DNA of 64,000 nucleotides. It comes from Pseudomonadales bacterium. Lineage in GTDB: Bacteria > Pseudomonadota > Gammaproteobacteria > Pseudomonadales > JAUIET01. The notes beneath the pieces are model-generated. The model saw only the letters and a list, made by a program, of their open reading frames with translations, had not been told where the DNA came from and ran no database searches. Location: the NCBI GenBank assembly GCA_045105115.1, contig JBGCDE010000207.1, positions 20,290 through 84,289 on the forward strand. The letters are read 5' to 3'. Positions 27,305 through 37,660 of this stretch are shown here, piece after piece. Each line of letters begins with the position of its first letter. Position 1 is the stretch's first letter. Position numbers and translations under genes: made by a program.

Positions 27305-29503
27305 TCAATGCCCGGAGTCAACAGACACTGCAGCTGCTTCCAGCAAACGTTTGCCTCGCCATGATTGCTGTATCACATACTGACGAATACGCTCAGCTTC
27401 CTCAGCGTCAATAACATCTCCAAGTTGCGGCATACCGCGCTCTTTAAGAATGCCGTCGATCACCACGGACTGCCAGGCATTTGCGTCCTGCAAAAACGCG
27501 GAACCGCGAAGGTCAGGAATAAGCAAACCTGATACCGCGTTCAAGCCATGGCAACCCATGCAGAGATCTTGATAGCCGCGGAAACCTTTCTGCAAATCAG
27601 CCTCATTGGCCGTCAGCTTCGGAGGATTAAAGTTAACCACCCGCTGCCAGTCGACTGGCGGTAATTCCTGCTTGGCGCCCAGCTTGAACGTTAGCACCCG
27701 GCTCACATTTGGCAAACTGCCGTCTTGTACATACTCACCAAACACAAGCGCAAACGCACCACCCCAGCCAGCATTTACAGTGACATATTGCTCACCATCA
27801 ATTGTGTACGTCATCGGCGGGGCAACCACACCAGTTTGTGCCGGGAAGTCCCATAATTTCTCACCATCACTGTCTCGATAAGCAACTACATTGCCATCTG
27901 CGGTGCCCTGAAAGACCAATCCGCCGGCCGTACTTAATATGCCACCGTTCCATGGCCCTTTGTGTTCTACGCGCCACGCTTCTTTTTGTGTAACAGGATC
28001 CCAGGCCAATAAACGCCCTTGAATCAAAGCACCCATGGCTTTGCGTTCAGCGTCGGCATCAGGCAGGCTGCCAACAATGCCATCGGTACCCAGGTTAGCT
28101 ACACCGGGGCGATACTTATAGTTTTCATCATTTCCGTACATGGCTGGAAAATCCAATACCGGTATATAAACCAGACCCGTTTGCTGGCTGAATGACATAG
28201 GGTGCCAGTTATGGCCGCCTAGATAAGACGGGAAGATTAATGCAGGTGTTTCGGTGTAACGTGCACCGGGTAGCTCTACGGGTCGGCCTGTTTCCATGTC
28301 TACATGGCTCGCCCAAGTGAGGTTGATGAAATTATTGGCCGACAGAAGCTCGCCAGTCTCTCGATCGATCACGTAGAAGAAACCATTCTTCGGTGCTTGC
28401 ATTAACACCTTGCGGTTTTTGCCGTCTAACTCTAACTCAGCCAGAATAATGTGCTGGGTTGCGGTGTAATCCCAGGTTTCACCCGGCGTGGTTTGATAAT
28501 GCCAAACGTAGTCACCGGTATCGGGCTTGAGTGCAACGATTGATGAAAGGAACAGGTTATCGCCACCACCAGGTGATCGAATCGTTTGATTCCAGGGCGT
28601 GCCATTACCTACGCCTATATAGAGCATGTCCAATTCGGCGTCATAGGCCATGGAATCCCACACGGTGCCACCACCACCGGCCGTCCACCATTCGCCTTTC
28701 CAGGTCTCAGCGGCCATTTTCATGGTGTCGTTTTCGAAGCCCTCTTCAGGGTTTCCAGGCACCGTGTAAAAACGCCATGCCATTGAGCCGTCATCAACGT
28801 TATATGCAGAAATGAACCCGCGAACACCAAATTCGGCGCCGCCATTACCGATTAATACTTTGCCTTTGATGACACGCGGTGCACCGGTGATGGTGTAAGG
28901 CAGGCTGGCATCAACCGTGGCAACATCCCAGAGTACCTTGCCATCTTTGGCATCCAGAGCAATGAGGCGCCCATCAAATGACCCAAGGAATACCTTACCC
29001 TGCCAAACAGCAACCCCTCTATTGACCGCGTCACAGCAGCCATGGCGTATTTTTTCGCGGGCAACTTGAGGATCATAGGTCCATAGCAAGGAACCATCAC
29101 GGGCATCCAGTGCATGAACAATACTCCAGGCAGACGTTGTGTACATCACACCGTCTACCACAATTGGGGTGGCTTCAACGCCGCGCTTGGTGCCCAGATC
29201 AAATGACCAGGCCAAGCCCATATCAGCTACGTTTTCTGTGCTGATTTTATCCAGCGGGGAATAACGCTGCTCTTTATAAGTACGCCCATGAGCCATCCAA
29301 CTACCAGGCTCTGCGTTGGCATTCAATAAACGAGACCCATCAACCGCAGCGGGCTGCTTTTTTTCCTGAATTGTCGGTGCAGCCGCCACATCACTGGCAG
29401 GTGCTTCCGTCTTGCCGCAGGCGACAGCTCCAATTAGAAAAATCGACAGAATAACGGCGCCAGAAGTGCGCGCTGAACATTGCTTCAACATGGCTAGGTT
29501 CAC
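27305..29503 (-). CDS. PQQ-dependent quinohemoprotein alcohol dehydrogenase, possibly lipid-anchored
   Basis: 732 aa with PQQ beta-propeller signatures (GGGGTVWDSMAYDAELDMLYIGVGNGTPWN) and a C-terminal haem c site, CMGCHG. The N-terminal signal peptide has a possible lipobox, GAVAC. It ends 9 bp before the putA start. Confidence 0.85.
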   Translation of the reverse strand: MNLAMLKQCSARTSGAVILSIFLIGAVACGKTEAPASDVAAAPTIQEKKQPAAVDGSRLLNANAEPGSWMAHGRTYKEQRYSPLDKISTENVADMGLAWSFDLGTKRGVEATPIVVDGVMYTTSAWSIVHALDARDGSLLWTYDPQVAREKIRHGCCDAVNRGVAVWQGKVFLGSFDGRLIALDAKDGKVLWDVATVDASLPYTITGAPRVIKGKVLIGNGGAEFGVRGFISAYNVDDGSMAWRFYTVPGNPEEGFENDTMKMAAETWKGEWWTAGGGGTVWDSMAYDAELDMLYIGVGNGTPWNQTIRSPGGGDNLFLSSIVALKPDTGDYVWHYQTTPGETWDYTATQHIILAELELDGKNRKVLMQAPKNGFFYVIDRETGELLSANNFINLTWASHVDMETGRPVELPGARYTETPALIFPSYLGGHNWHPMSFSQQTGLVYIPVLDFPAMYGNDENYKYRPGVANLGTDGIVGSLPDADAERKAMGALIQGRLLAWDPVTQKEAWRVEHKGPWNGGILSTAGGLVFQGTADGNVVAYRDSDGEKLWDFPAQTGVVAPPMTYTIDGEQYVTVNAGWGGAFALVFGEYVQDGSLPNVSRVLTFKLGAKQELPPVDWQRVVNFNPPKLTANEADLQKGFRGYQDLCMGCHGLNAVSGLLIPDLRGSAFLQDANAWQSVVIDGILKERGMPQLGDVIDAEEAERIRQYVIQQSWRGKRLLEAAAVSVDSGH

Positions 29504-29524
29504 CTCTTATATGTTTGCCGCAAG

Positions 29525-29547
29525 GCTATCACGTTTTCTGGTAAAAT
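29525..29547 (+). promoter_or_regulatory. Candidate purC promoter: extended -10 (TGgTAAAAT, 29539-29547) overlapping a PurR-box-like half site (CGTTTTCT)
   Basis: Read directly. The 16-mer gctatcacgttttctg matches the E. coli PurR operator ACGCAAACGTTTTCTT at 10 of 16 positions, and the matches are almost all in the right half. No good -35 element is present. Confidence 0.25.
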
Positions 29548-29580
29548 CCGCTGCTTTCTTGGATTCCGGAACGCTGAACC

Positions 29581-30684
29581 ATGGGTCAAGCCGACAAAGT
29601 ACTTGCTGTTAACAATGATCTTCCAATCCGCACTGACGCCTCTATTCACAGTGGCAAAGTACGCTGTGTGTATTGGTTAAACGAAGCCGATAGCGCACGA
29701 CTGATACGCGAGCGCGGCTATAACGTAGCCCCAAATGCGCCACTTGCGGTTATGGTGATTAGCGACCGTATTTCAGCATTTGAATGCATGTGGCGAGGCG
29801 AAGGCGGTATGGCAGGCGTTCCGAGCAAAGGAGCAGCACTGAACGCCATATCAAATCATTGGTTTGAGAGTTTCCGCGAAGCGGGACTGGCTGACAGTCA
29901 CATTCTTGATGTGCCGCACCCCCTAGTGTGGATTGTACAAAAAGCTCGGCCGGTGATGATTGAAGCCATCGCCAGACAATACATTACCGGGTCTATGTGG
30001 CGCGGTTACCAGCGCGGCGAACGCGAAATTTGCGGCATTCAACTGCCCAATGACCTTGAAAAAGATCAACGCATGCCGGAACTTCTGATTACACCGTCAA
30101 CCAAAGGTATTCTGACCGGCATTCCGGGCGTGCCCGAAATTGATGACGTCAACATCACACGCACCGACATTGAAATGAATTTTGATGCCTTCAAATTCAG
30201 CAACAAGGCCGACATCTCTTTGTATGAAAAGTTACTCAGTGATGGTTTCAGCTTGATTAGCGATCGGCTCGCAAAGGTTGGACAAATATTTGTCGATACT
30301 AAATTCGAGTTTGGTTATGTTGATGATGCCAACGGCAATGAAAAACTCATCTATATGGATGAAGTAGGCACGCCTGATTCTTCGCGCATGTGGGACGCAG
30401 AAGCCTACCAACAAGGAAAAGTGGTAGAAAACTCCAAAGAAGTCTTTCGCCAGGCCCTGCTCGCGCATTTTCCCGACCCGGACATTCTCACCAATAAAGA
30501 TAGAATGGCTGAGCGCACACCGTTGGCAGAAGACAATGAGTTGCCATTGGATATTATGCAGAAGGTATCGGATACCTATGTTGATATGGCCGAAAAGATT
30601 ATTGGCAGCAAGCTGGAAGTGTCAGATAACCCTAAAGCTGAAATTGTGGATGTATTGAACAGTGAATATGGTTTAATCAACTGA
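29581..30684 (+). CDS. purC: Phosphoribosylaminoimidazole-succinocarboxamide (SAICAR) synthase, long form
   Basis: 367 aa. The N-terminus [28 protein letters not shown] ... [13 protein letters not shown] matches the long Vibrio-type PurC by eye. Confidence 0.9.
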   Translation: MGQADKVLAVNNDLPIRTDASIHSGKVRCVYWLNEADSARLIRERGYNVAPNAPLAVMVISDRISAFECMWRGEGGMAGVPSKGAALNAISNHWFESFREAGLADSHILDVPHPLVWIVQKARPVMIEAIARQYITGSMWRGYQRGEREICGIQLPNDLEKDQRMPELLITPSTKGILTGIPGVPEIDDVNITRTDIEMNFDAFKFSNKADISLYEKLLSDGFSLISDRLAKVGQIFVDTKFEFGYVDDANGNEKLIYMDEVGTPDSSRMWDAEAYQQGKVVENSKEVFRQALLAHFPDPDILTNKDRMAERTPLAEDNELPLDIMQKVSDTYVDMAEKIIGSKLEVSDNPKAEIVDVLNSEYGLIN

Positions 30685-30686
30685 TA

Positions 30687-30710
30687 GGACGCTCATCAGA
30701 GCGCCCTTTT
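30687..30710 (+). terminator. Candidate intrinsic terminator between the convergent purC and TSP3/OmpA genes
   Basis: The stem is ggacgctc (30687-30694) paired with gagcgccc (30699-30706), 7 of 8 pairs on the plus RNA. On the minus RNA all 8 pair, counting one G-U. The loop is atca, followed by tttt at 30707-30710. Confidence 0.5.
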
Positions 30711-30725
30711 ATCAGCTGTTTTCTT

Positions 30726-33700
30726 TTACTGGCAATCCATTTCATCCAATACCCGAAACTCCACGCGCCGGTTCTCGGCGCGGCCTTGCTCTGTGTCGTT
30801 GCTCGCGATCGGTCTTGATTCACCGTAGCCAGCCGCGCTAAGTTGCTGCGCGTTAACACCTCTATAAACCATATACCGGCGTACCGTTTCGGCGCGTCGT
30901 TTTGATAAGTCATTGTTTGATTCTTCAGAACCCTGAGAATCAGTATGCGCCTGTATCTCAACAGCTGCATTCGACGCTTGTTTGAGAGCGCTTGCAAACG
31001 GCAACAGTGCTTCTTGTGCCGCCCGCGATAATGCTGCAGAGCCGCTTGGGAAGTTAACACCCGGCACCGCACCGCTGAATTGATCACAAGACAGCTTCGC
31101 CATACGTTCCATCGGTGCTTGCGCTATCGCTTCGCGTGGCTGTGGAATAGGCGCCGCTGGAATAGCGGGTGCGGCCACTTCACCTCTTTCCGGTGGCGCT
31201 ATCAGCGCAGTTCGCTTAGGACGTTCACCACCAAAGTAGCGGTTGATCGACGCAGCGGCGTACCAGGCATCAGCATCATAGTGATCAAAATCAAGACGAA
31301 TAAACCAGGGGGAACCTGGCGAGTGAAATTGTGCGCCCACGCCTAATGCGAGCTGTACGTCAGTCACTTCATCAAAACGCACCGTACCGCCATCATCTTC
31401 TGCTTTGTTGTTAATGGCGGCCGCACCGGCCTTGGCGTATACATTCCACCATGAATCTGGTTTTCGCAACAAATAGCCGGCCATCAGTGAAGGTACCTGA
31501 TAGCTAATCGCTGCATCGGGATAGGCGCGATCCAGAGCCGGAACTCTATTACCCAGACCAGCCTCGCCGATGTCAGCGTACTTTAATTCCGCAAACCAAT
31601 GCGGCTTAAAATGCCAACCTACCATTAGCTCCCAGCCGTCGGACGCATCATCATCCGTGCTCCAGCCATTGGACTCGCGCTCTGGATCGACGTGCGACGC
31701 ACCATATCCGATACCAACATACCAACAGTCTCTAAACGCATTGGCGTCTTCGATTTCAAGACCACAATCGGTTTTGTCTGACGCCTTACTGCTTGGCGCT
31801 GTGGTTAACAAGCAAAGCACTAACAGACTGAGCAAAGAACCAAGCCCTGCGGCACCGCCACCGCCATCTACCGAGGTAATCAGCTCCCCGTCGGTATCGG
31901 CCTGCAAGCGATCTGGAATACCATCGTTATTGAAATCTCCGCCGTCTTCACTTTCTAGCGCGTCACTAAAGCCATCATTGTCGCTGTCTGTATCGCGAAA
32001 GTCCGCTAAACCGTCGGCATCAGTGTCGACAGGCATCGCTGGAGTAGCACCCGCCTCCACTGCGTCGGGAATACCGTCATTGTCACTGTCGGTATCCATG
32101 TCGTCGTTATTGCCATCAGCGTCAGTATCAACACCCATCTCAACGGAGTCAGGGATGCCATCCGTATCAGAGTCAGCGTTCGGATCAGGTCCTGGGCCCG
32201 GATCGGGATCAGGGCCATCGTCAACATCGTCAGCGGCATTGCCGGCCGTAGGATCAGTTCCATTGGTCAGCACTTCAGTGCCATCAGCGACAGTGCCATC
32301 GACAGTATCGGTATCCAGCGGATCCGTTGCACCAATACCAGTCAGCGGACCACTGCCGGCGACCTCTGTGCCGTCATTCAGCCCGTCACCATCGGTGTCG
32401 GCGTTATTCGGGTCGGTTTCACCCGTGCCTGCGCTATTGCTATCGCCAATAGTATTGACTGCGGCACCATCACCGTTGGCGTCTTCCTCACCGTCTTGCA
32501 GACCGTCGTCGTCGCTGTCGGGATCACTTGGGTCCGTCGTTGATGCCGGGTCGGCGTCAATAACAAACACAGGGGATGCAGGATCAGTCCCGGTAAACGG
32601 TGTTGCATTGTCGTCGCTGTTACCCGCCGCAACAGCAACCGTGACACCTAGCTCCAGGCCATCTGAAAGACCATCGTTATCGCTGTCAGGATTCAGGGCA
32701 TCTGTCTCATCACCGGTAAATGGCAAGCCGTCACCGCCGAGTTGTTCAGCGCCGTCAGCAAGCCCATCGTCATCGCTGTCGGCATCAAGCGGTGAAGTAT
32801 CACCCGCATCCAGCGAATCGTCATTACCCAATTCGTCACCGTCTTCGATACCGTCATTATCAGTATCAGGGTCGGCTGGATCGGTACCTAGAATCATTTC
32901 CTGAGCATCACTGATGCCATCATCATCAGTATCAACGCCAACATCATCACCACCCATACCTGGGGTTGGATCAGTCGCATTGGCCAGCACTTCCGTGCCG
33001 TCTTGTATTCCGCCGTCGTCAGTGTCTGTATCCAATGGATCAGTAGCACCCAACGCTGCAAGCGGTCCGCTGGCATTTACCTCCTGACCATCGAGCAAAC
33101 CATCACCGTCAGTGTCAGGGTTGCGGGGGTCAGTTTCACCGGCACCCATTGCACCCGTTCCAGCGATAGTATTTGCGGTTGCTCCGTCGCCATTGGCATC
33201 TTCAGCGCCATCAGACAAACCGTCCGCATCGGTGTCTGCGTTACTCGGGTCAGTAGTACTTGCTGGATCTGCATCAACAATAAAGTTTGCCGAACCAGGA
33301 TCCGTACCTGTGAACGCAACGCCTGTTCCTGCACTGGTGCCACCTGGCACGGGCATGGTTACACCAGCTTCAGTGCCATCATTCAAGCCATCAGCATCTG
33401 AGTCTGGATCAAGTGGGTCAGTGGCATCACCGCCACCGGCTGCGCCGTCCAAGCCTAACACTTCAGCACCATCGCTCAGCCCGTCGTCATCGGTATCGGC
33501 GTCCAAAGGATCACTGTCGCCCGCATCCAGACTGCCATCATTACCAACTTCAGTACCGTCGTCTATTCCATCATCATCGGTATCGGCGTCGTTAGGATCT
33601 GTTCCCAGCGCTGTTTCCTGGTCGTCGCTAAGTCCATCGCCATCAGAGTCAGAACCCGTATCATCGCCACCATTACCAGCAGTTGGGTCGGTGCTGTCAG

Positions 33701-35357
33701 CCAGAACTTCCGTACCGTCCTGCGTGCCGCCATCATCTGTGTCGGTGTCGAGCGGATCGGTAGCACCAATACCATTCAAAGGTCCGCTAGCATTCGCCTC
33801 GTCACCATCGGTCAAGCCGTCGCTGTCACTGTCTGTATTATTGGGGTCTGTTTCACCAGAGCCCATGGTAGCTGTTACACCAATTACGTTTACTGTGGCA
33901 CCATCCTGATTAGCGTCTTCTACACCGTCGTCAAGACCGTCTGCATCCGTATCAACCATGGTTGGGTCTGTAGTGCTATCCGGATCTGCATCCCCAGCAA
34001 ACATGCCAGTGGTGCCATCAAACGCAATACTGCTGCCATCAGAGACACCGGCTGCAACACCCGGAGCGGATACGCCGGCTTCAACACCGTCGCCGATCAT
34101 GTCGCCGTCTGTATCAGCGTCAAGCGGGTCGGTTTGGCCAACACCTGCTAGCAAGCCAGTGCCATTTACTTCATCACCATCGTTCAGGCCGTCGTCATCG
34201 CTGTCGGCATCAAGCGGGTCGGTTTCGCCAGCGTCGAGTGTGGTGTCACCACCTAGCTCATCAAAGTCACTTAGACCATCGTTGTCACTGTCAGCGTCAT
34301 CGGGATCTGTGCCTGCTGTTGCTTCTTCTGCATTGCTGAGGCCATCACCGTCATCGTCTGTGGCATTAAGCATGTCTAGCTCATCTATCGCCGCTGTGCT
34401 TGCCAGTACGGCACCCGAAGCGGCGTAGATATCGGCACCACCCGAACGCAAACCCTCATCATCATCGGTGTCTAGCGGAAAGTCGCTCAAGCCAACCAGG
34501 TCGTTAGCGTCAGTGACATCGTCTGGAAAGATCGAAATTCCGAAATAAGTCTGCCCGGGCGTAAGACCCAAATCTGTTCCCCAGCTAACCAGCGCTCCGC
34601 CCGGCGCTTCCATTGAAGAACCCACATTTGGTGCGTTCTGGCCAGTAAAGCTCTGCGCAGGTGCGCTCGCAACCGTTCCTTCAGCAAGAAATCCATACTC
34701 TTGATCAGCAGCCGCTTCGGTCATATCTGCATTGCTGACAGCAACAAGCGTGCCGTAGCTTGCCGGATTACCCGCACCATCAAGGCTTAGAATCGCTGCT
34801 ATCTGGGCACCGTTATTGGCCTGCTTCTCAATCAGCAGGTGACCGCCTTGGTCAATCAATCCAGCCGTGGTGGGTATAATCAGCCCGTCCGCAGTGATGT
34901 AATCAACCCGCTCAATATTGCCGGCAAATTGTGCTGTATCAGCCGTGTTCTTGAAGACATCCAGAATGCCGCGGTTCAGAAAGCGGCCAGTAAGGATTGA
35001 GTCGTAAGAGAATTGCCCCGCTTCGAACGGGTACGAGCTTTGATAATCCAGTAAGCCAGGTGGATTACTCAGCTCTGCGAAGAACTTTGTCCGAGTGCCC
35101 GTGACTAATGTGTTGTCCATAACGCGAACTTGAACATCGAAATCTTGATACACCGACACTTCAAGACCACTGTTGAGTGTTGCCCCTGTAAGTACGATGT
35201 TAAGCCCATTTCCGAAGGTATAATTATCCGGACCGATGCTGTAATTGAACGGCATGGCAGGCTCAGTAACACTGCTTAAATTTGTCGTGCTATCCAATGC
35301 TGCCGATGGCAGACTGATGACGGCAGCAAGTAAGCCGGCCTTTAAATGATGATGCAT
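30726..35357 (-). CDS. Large envelope protein: signal peptide, ~300-aa unknown domain, ~850-aa thrombospondin type 3 (DxDxDGxxDxxE) repeat region, hydrophobic segment, OmpA-like beta-barrel, OmpA C-terminal peptidoglycan-binding domain
   Basis: There are dozens of TSP3-type motifs ([17 protein letters not shown] and similar). The barrel-like stretch reads [13 protein letters not shown] ... [11 protein letters not shown]. The OmpA_C domain reads [11 protein letters not shown] ... [25 protein letters not shown] ... NRRVEFRV. The track ORF starts at a GTG at 35369. I prefer the ATG at 35357 ([20 protein letters not shown]). Confidence 0.85.
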   Translation of the reverse strand: MHHHLKAGLLAAVISLPSAALDSTTNLSSVTEPAMPFNYSIGPDNYTFGNGLNIVLTGATLNSGLEVSVYQDFDVQVRVMDNTLVTGTRTKFFAELSNPPGLLDYQSSYPFEAGQFSYDSILTGRFLNRGILDVFKNTADTAQFAGNIERVDYITADGLIIPTTAGLIDQGGHLLIEKQANNGAQIAAILSLDGAGNPASYGTLVAVSNADMTEAAADQEYGFLAEGTVASAPAQSFTGQNAPNVGSSMEAPGGALVSWGTDLGLTPGQTYFGISIFPDDVTDANDLVGLSDFPLDTDDDEGLRSGGADIYAASGAVLASTAAIDELDMLNATDDDGDGLSNAEEATAGTDPDDADSDNDGLSDFDELGGDTTLDAGETDPLDADSDDDGLNDGDEVNGTGLLAGVGQTDPLDADTDGDMIGDGVEAGVSAPGVAAGVSDGSSIAFDGTTGMFAGDADPDSTTDPTMVDTDADGLDDGVEDANQDGATVNVIGVTATMGSGETDPNNTDSDSDGLTDGDEANASGPLNGIGATDPLDTDTDDGGTQDGTEVLADSTDPTAGNGGDDTGSDSDGDGLSDDQETALGTDPNDADTDDDGIDDGTEVGNDGSLDAGDSDPLDADTDDDGLSDGAEVLGLDGAAGGGDATDPLDPDSDADGLNDGTEAGVTMPVPGGTSAGTGVAFTGTDPGSANFIVDADPASTTDPSNADTDADGLSDGAEDANGDGATANTIAGTGAMGAGETDPRNPDTDGDGLLDGQEVNASGPLAALGATDPLDTDTDDGGIQDGTEVLANATDPTPGMGGDDVGVDTDDDGISDAQEMILGTDPADPDTDNDGIEDGDELGNDDSLDAGDTSPLDADSDDDGLADGAEQLGGDGLPFTGDETDALNPDSDNDGLSDGLELGVTVAVAAGNSDDNATPFTGTDPASPVFVIDADPASTTDPSDPDSDDDGLQDGEEDANGDGAAVNTIGDSNSAGTGETDPNNADTDGDGLNDGTEVAGSGPLTGIGATDPLDTDTVDGTVADGTEVLTNGTDPTAGNAADDVDDGPDPDPGPGPDPNADSDTDGIPDSVEMGVDTDADGNNDDMDTDSDNDGIPDAVEAGATPAMPVDTDADGLADFRDTDSDNDGFSDALESEDGGDFNNDGIPDRLQADTDGELITSVDGGGGAAGLGSLLSLLVLCLLTTAPSSKASDKTDCGLEIEDANAFRDCWYVGIGYGASHVDPERESNGWSTDDDASDGWELMVGWHFKPHWFAELKYADIGEAGLGNRVPALDRAYPDAAISYQVPSLMAGYLLRKPDSWWNVYAKAGAAAINNKAEDDGGTVRFDEVTDVQLALGVGAQFHSPGSPWFIRLDFDHYDADAWYAAASINRYFGGERPKRTALIAPPERGEVAAPAIPAAPIPQPREAIAQAPMERMAKLSCDQFSGAVPGVNFPSGSAALSRAAQEALLPFASALKQASNAAVEIQAHTDSQGSEESNNDLSKRRAETVRRYMVYRGVNAQQLSAAGYGESRPIASNDTEQGRAENRRVEFRVLDEMDCQ
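31780..31870 (-). other. Internal Gly4 plus hydrophobic helix ([31 protein letters not shown]) between the TSP3 region and the OmpA-like barrel
   Basis: Manual reverse-complement translation of 31780-31880, in frame with the 30726-35357 ORF. Confidence 0.8.
32000..34300 (-). repeat. In-frame tandem repeat of exactly 717 bp (239 codons) inside the TSP3 region; boundaries approximate
   Basis: The register marker gtttcacc occurs at 32416, 33133 and 33850, spaced 717 bp and 717 bp. The matching peptide blocks are [80 protein letters not shown] and [40 protein letters not shown]. Confidence 0.8.
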
Positions 35358-35484
35358 AGTTTGTCCCACAGAAAAAACTTTTGTCGTTACCTAATCCTTG
35401 CCTTAGGCGATAATCCGCGCAAGGAAATAGGAACAGTATAGGCAGCGATTTACAATAGTTTACAAACTAGGAAGTAATGCCATT

Positions 35485-36507
35485 TTGAAACACTTTGAGT
35501 TTTGGAACCCCAGATTATTTGAGTCTCCCTACTATCTCTATCTAGCTTACCTATGTCTTAAGCATGGTTTGGCGCCTCAAAATCTTGCAAAAGCTAATTA
35601 CGCCCTGGACCATGGGGAGATAGGTATTGGCTCAAAGCTTGCTACACAGCTTGCGTTTGATCAGACGCGATTTCTGCCGTCTGCACTGGTTTTAGACAGC
35701 AGTTCGCAGGAACAAAAAGCCGCACAACTGGAGGCTTTTGCAGAGCGTTATTCCTTCCCAGTGATACTGAAACCAGACATGGGCTGCGTCGGCAAAGGCA
35801 TCACAAAAGTCAAAAGCAAAGAGCACATTCGCAGCATTACAAGCTCTTTGAGCACCGACTACATCGTTCAACAATACACCCCGAACAACATTGAATTCGG
35901 CGTTTTTTATGTTCGCCATAGTGGTCGTGGCCGAGTAACAGGCATCAATGGAAAAGAGTTTCCTGCCGTTATTGGTGATAGTAAGCGCTCACTTCAAGAG
36001 CTTGCAGAAGCGCACCCGCGCTTCACGGCGCACTGGGATCTTTTTCTTCAATATCTCGACACAAGTTACGTGCCCGCAGACAAGGAGCCATTCCAACTAT
36101 CATTCATTGGCTCTCATACTATGGGCTGCAAATTCACCAATGACTCTCATTTGCTTACCCCAGCGCTGGAAGCAGAAATTTGCACAATAGCCGACAGCCA
36201 ACCGGGATTTAATTTTGGTCGTCTGGACGTAAAATCACCTAGTCTGGAGGCATTCCAGCGAGGTGACTTCGTGGTTATCGAAGTCAATGGTGTGGCCTCG
36301 TTGCCCACCAATATGTTCGACCCGGAGCATTCTCTACGTCAGGGTTACCGAATATTTTTTGAGCACGCCAGACACCTGGTTCAGGCGGCTGCGGAGCAAC
36401 GTCATCAGCCAATGGCGTTGCTGTCCGGTCGAGAAATCCTGCGCAAAGTACAAAGCAGTCAGCAGGCGTTGAACAAGGCGCACGACAACAGTCTGGCGCG
36501 CGCTTAA
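35485..36507 (+). CDS. ATP-grasp fold protein (carboxylate-amine ligase-like), function unknown
   Basis: 340 aa with a TTG start. An AGGAAG sits 10 nt upstream. The ATP-grasp-like core reads FPVILKPDMGCVGKGITKVKSKEHI ... YIVQQY ... VVIEVNG. Confidence 0.55.
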   Translation: MKHFEFWNPRLFESPYYLYLAYLCLKHGLAPQNLAKANYALDHGEIGIGSKLATQLAFDQTRFLPSALVLDSSSQEQKAAQLEAFAERYSFPVILKPDMGCVGKGITKVKSKEHIRSITSSLSTDYIVQQYTPNNIEFGVFYVRHSGRGRVTGINGKEFPAVIGDSKRSLQELAEAHPRFTAHWDLFLQYLDTSYVPADKEPFQLSFIGSHTMGCKFTNDSHLLTPALEAEICTIADSQPGFNFGRLDVKSPSLEAFQRGDFVVIEVNGVASLPTNMFDPEHSLRQGYRIFFEHARHLVQAAAEQRHQPMALLSGREILRKVQSSQQALNKAHDNSLARA

Positions 36508-36517
36508 ACCCGCGGCA

Positions 36518-37618
36518 TCAAAGCTCAGAGAGCTTCATTACGCGGGCGTTCAGTTCAGGGTGCTCTGTGGCGCCTATCCAGCGCCAGCACATAGTGCCGC
36601 ATTCATGGCCACAAGTTTCTATCCAATTTGGCAAGCCAGGATCAGTGTGCGAAACAATAACCCTGACACTGCCATCTTCGTTGTAGTGAGCTGTGTGCTT
36701 ATTGACGTGAATCTGGTGATAGCGATAATCCAGGGATTCCATCCACCAGTTATTCAGCTGAAAATTCCAGGTCTGGCATTCCGGTATGACTGGCGCGTCA
36801 ATGACGAACACTTCATCGGGTGCAAGCTTCCAGGCGCTGTGGAAATAAAATATGTTGGGGTCGCCGCCGATTGATTGGCAATAGGCCTGGTCTGCAGGAG
36901 GCATCTCATTTTCTATCGGTAGGAAACTCTCAGACCAATTCTCAAACAGCTGTGCAGAGCCGTTAACGAACATGGTGGCGCGCTGTAAGGCATGCGCTAG
37001 TTTTTCAGGCGTTAGTGGCGAAGGTCGTTCATCGACAGCACCAATGCGCTCTATCTTCAGCTCGGCGCGTTTCTCATTCACCCGATCCTGGAAGGTCTGG
37101 CGAACATTGACCGAGTTAGTTTCGGGCCCCAGCTGCAGCCAATTGCCCGCATGCTCGCGCTGGCTGATCACAATTTCAAACGATCCGTCATCATTGATCT
37201 CCATATCGCGCGCATCAAGATAGCCTGTGGTTTCCATGGTGCCGCCCGAGGCGTACTTGTTAATCACCGCCCCAAACCCTAGATAGTCAACCGTTCCTCG
37301 CGTTCCAAACAGTCGATACTCATATTGTGGGTTCACCGAGCAACTCTCGTATCGATTATCCGGATTATCTGCGCCGAGCTTAATCGTTTCATGAGCACCA
37401 CAACGCAATACCGGATACGCGGAATCGCCAAACTCCATGAAGCTCTCCAAACCACCACGCAGCAGGCGTGTCAGATAACGATACCCCTCTGCCTGATTAA
37501 ATGCGTCATGCGGTGCTTTCTCACTACGAATGATATTGCCTGCCGCCTTCAAGGAATCACAAAATTCATCCCATGCGGTGCCATCCATCACTTTTTGTTC
37601 TGCTGTTTTCTCATTCAT
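36518..37618 (-). CDS. Conserved hypothetical protein (possibly DUF1214-like; assignment from memory only)
   Basis: Long clean ORF. The track start at 37645 is a TTG. The ATG at 37618 (MNEKTAEQK) has a GGAG 8 nt upstream. It lies about 40 bp downstream of the sulfotransferase gene on the same strand. Confidence 0.4.
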   Translation of the reverse strand: MNEKTAEQKVMDGTAWDEFCDSLKAAGNIIRSEKAPHDAFNQAEGYRYLTRLLRGGLESFMEFGDSAYPVLRCGAHETIKLGADNPDNRYESCSVNPQYEYRLFGTRGTVDYLGFGAVINKYASGGTMETTGYLDARDMEINDDGSFEIVISQREHAGNWLQLGPETNSVNVRQTFQDRVNEKRAELKIERIGAVDERPSPLTPEKLAHALQRATMFVNGSAQLFENWSESFLPIENEMPPADQAYCQSIGGDPNIFYFHSAWKLAPDEVFVIDAPVIPECQTWNFQLNNWWMESLDYRYHQIHVNKHTAHYNEDGSVRVIVSHTDPGLPNWIETCGHECGTMCWRWIGATEHPELNARVMKLSEL

Positions 37619-37660
37619 GTATTTTCTCCGTATTTTTTTGTTCAACTGGAAACCAGCTAC

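Noticed and set aside
31570-34428. Plus-strand ORFs of 444, 265 and 156 aa (31570-32904, 33112-33909, 33958-34428), rich in Ser and Pro.
   Set aside because: They are antisense shadows of the Asp/Gly/Thr-rich TSP3 repeat region of the 30726-35357 gene. They are low-complexity and mirror the 717-bp repeat of the sense strand.
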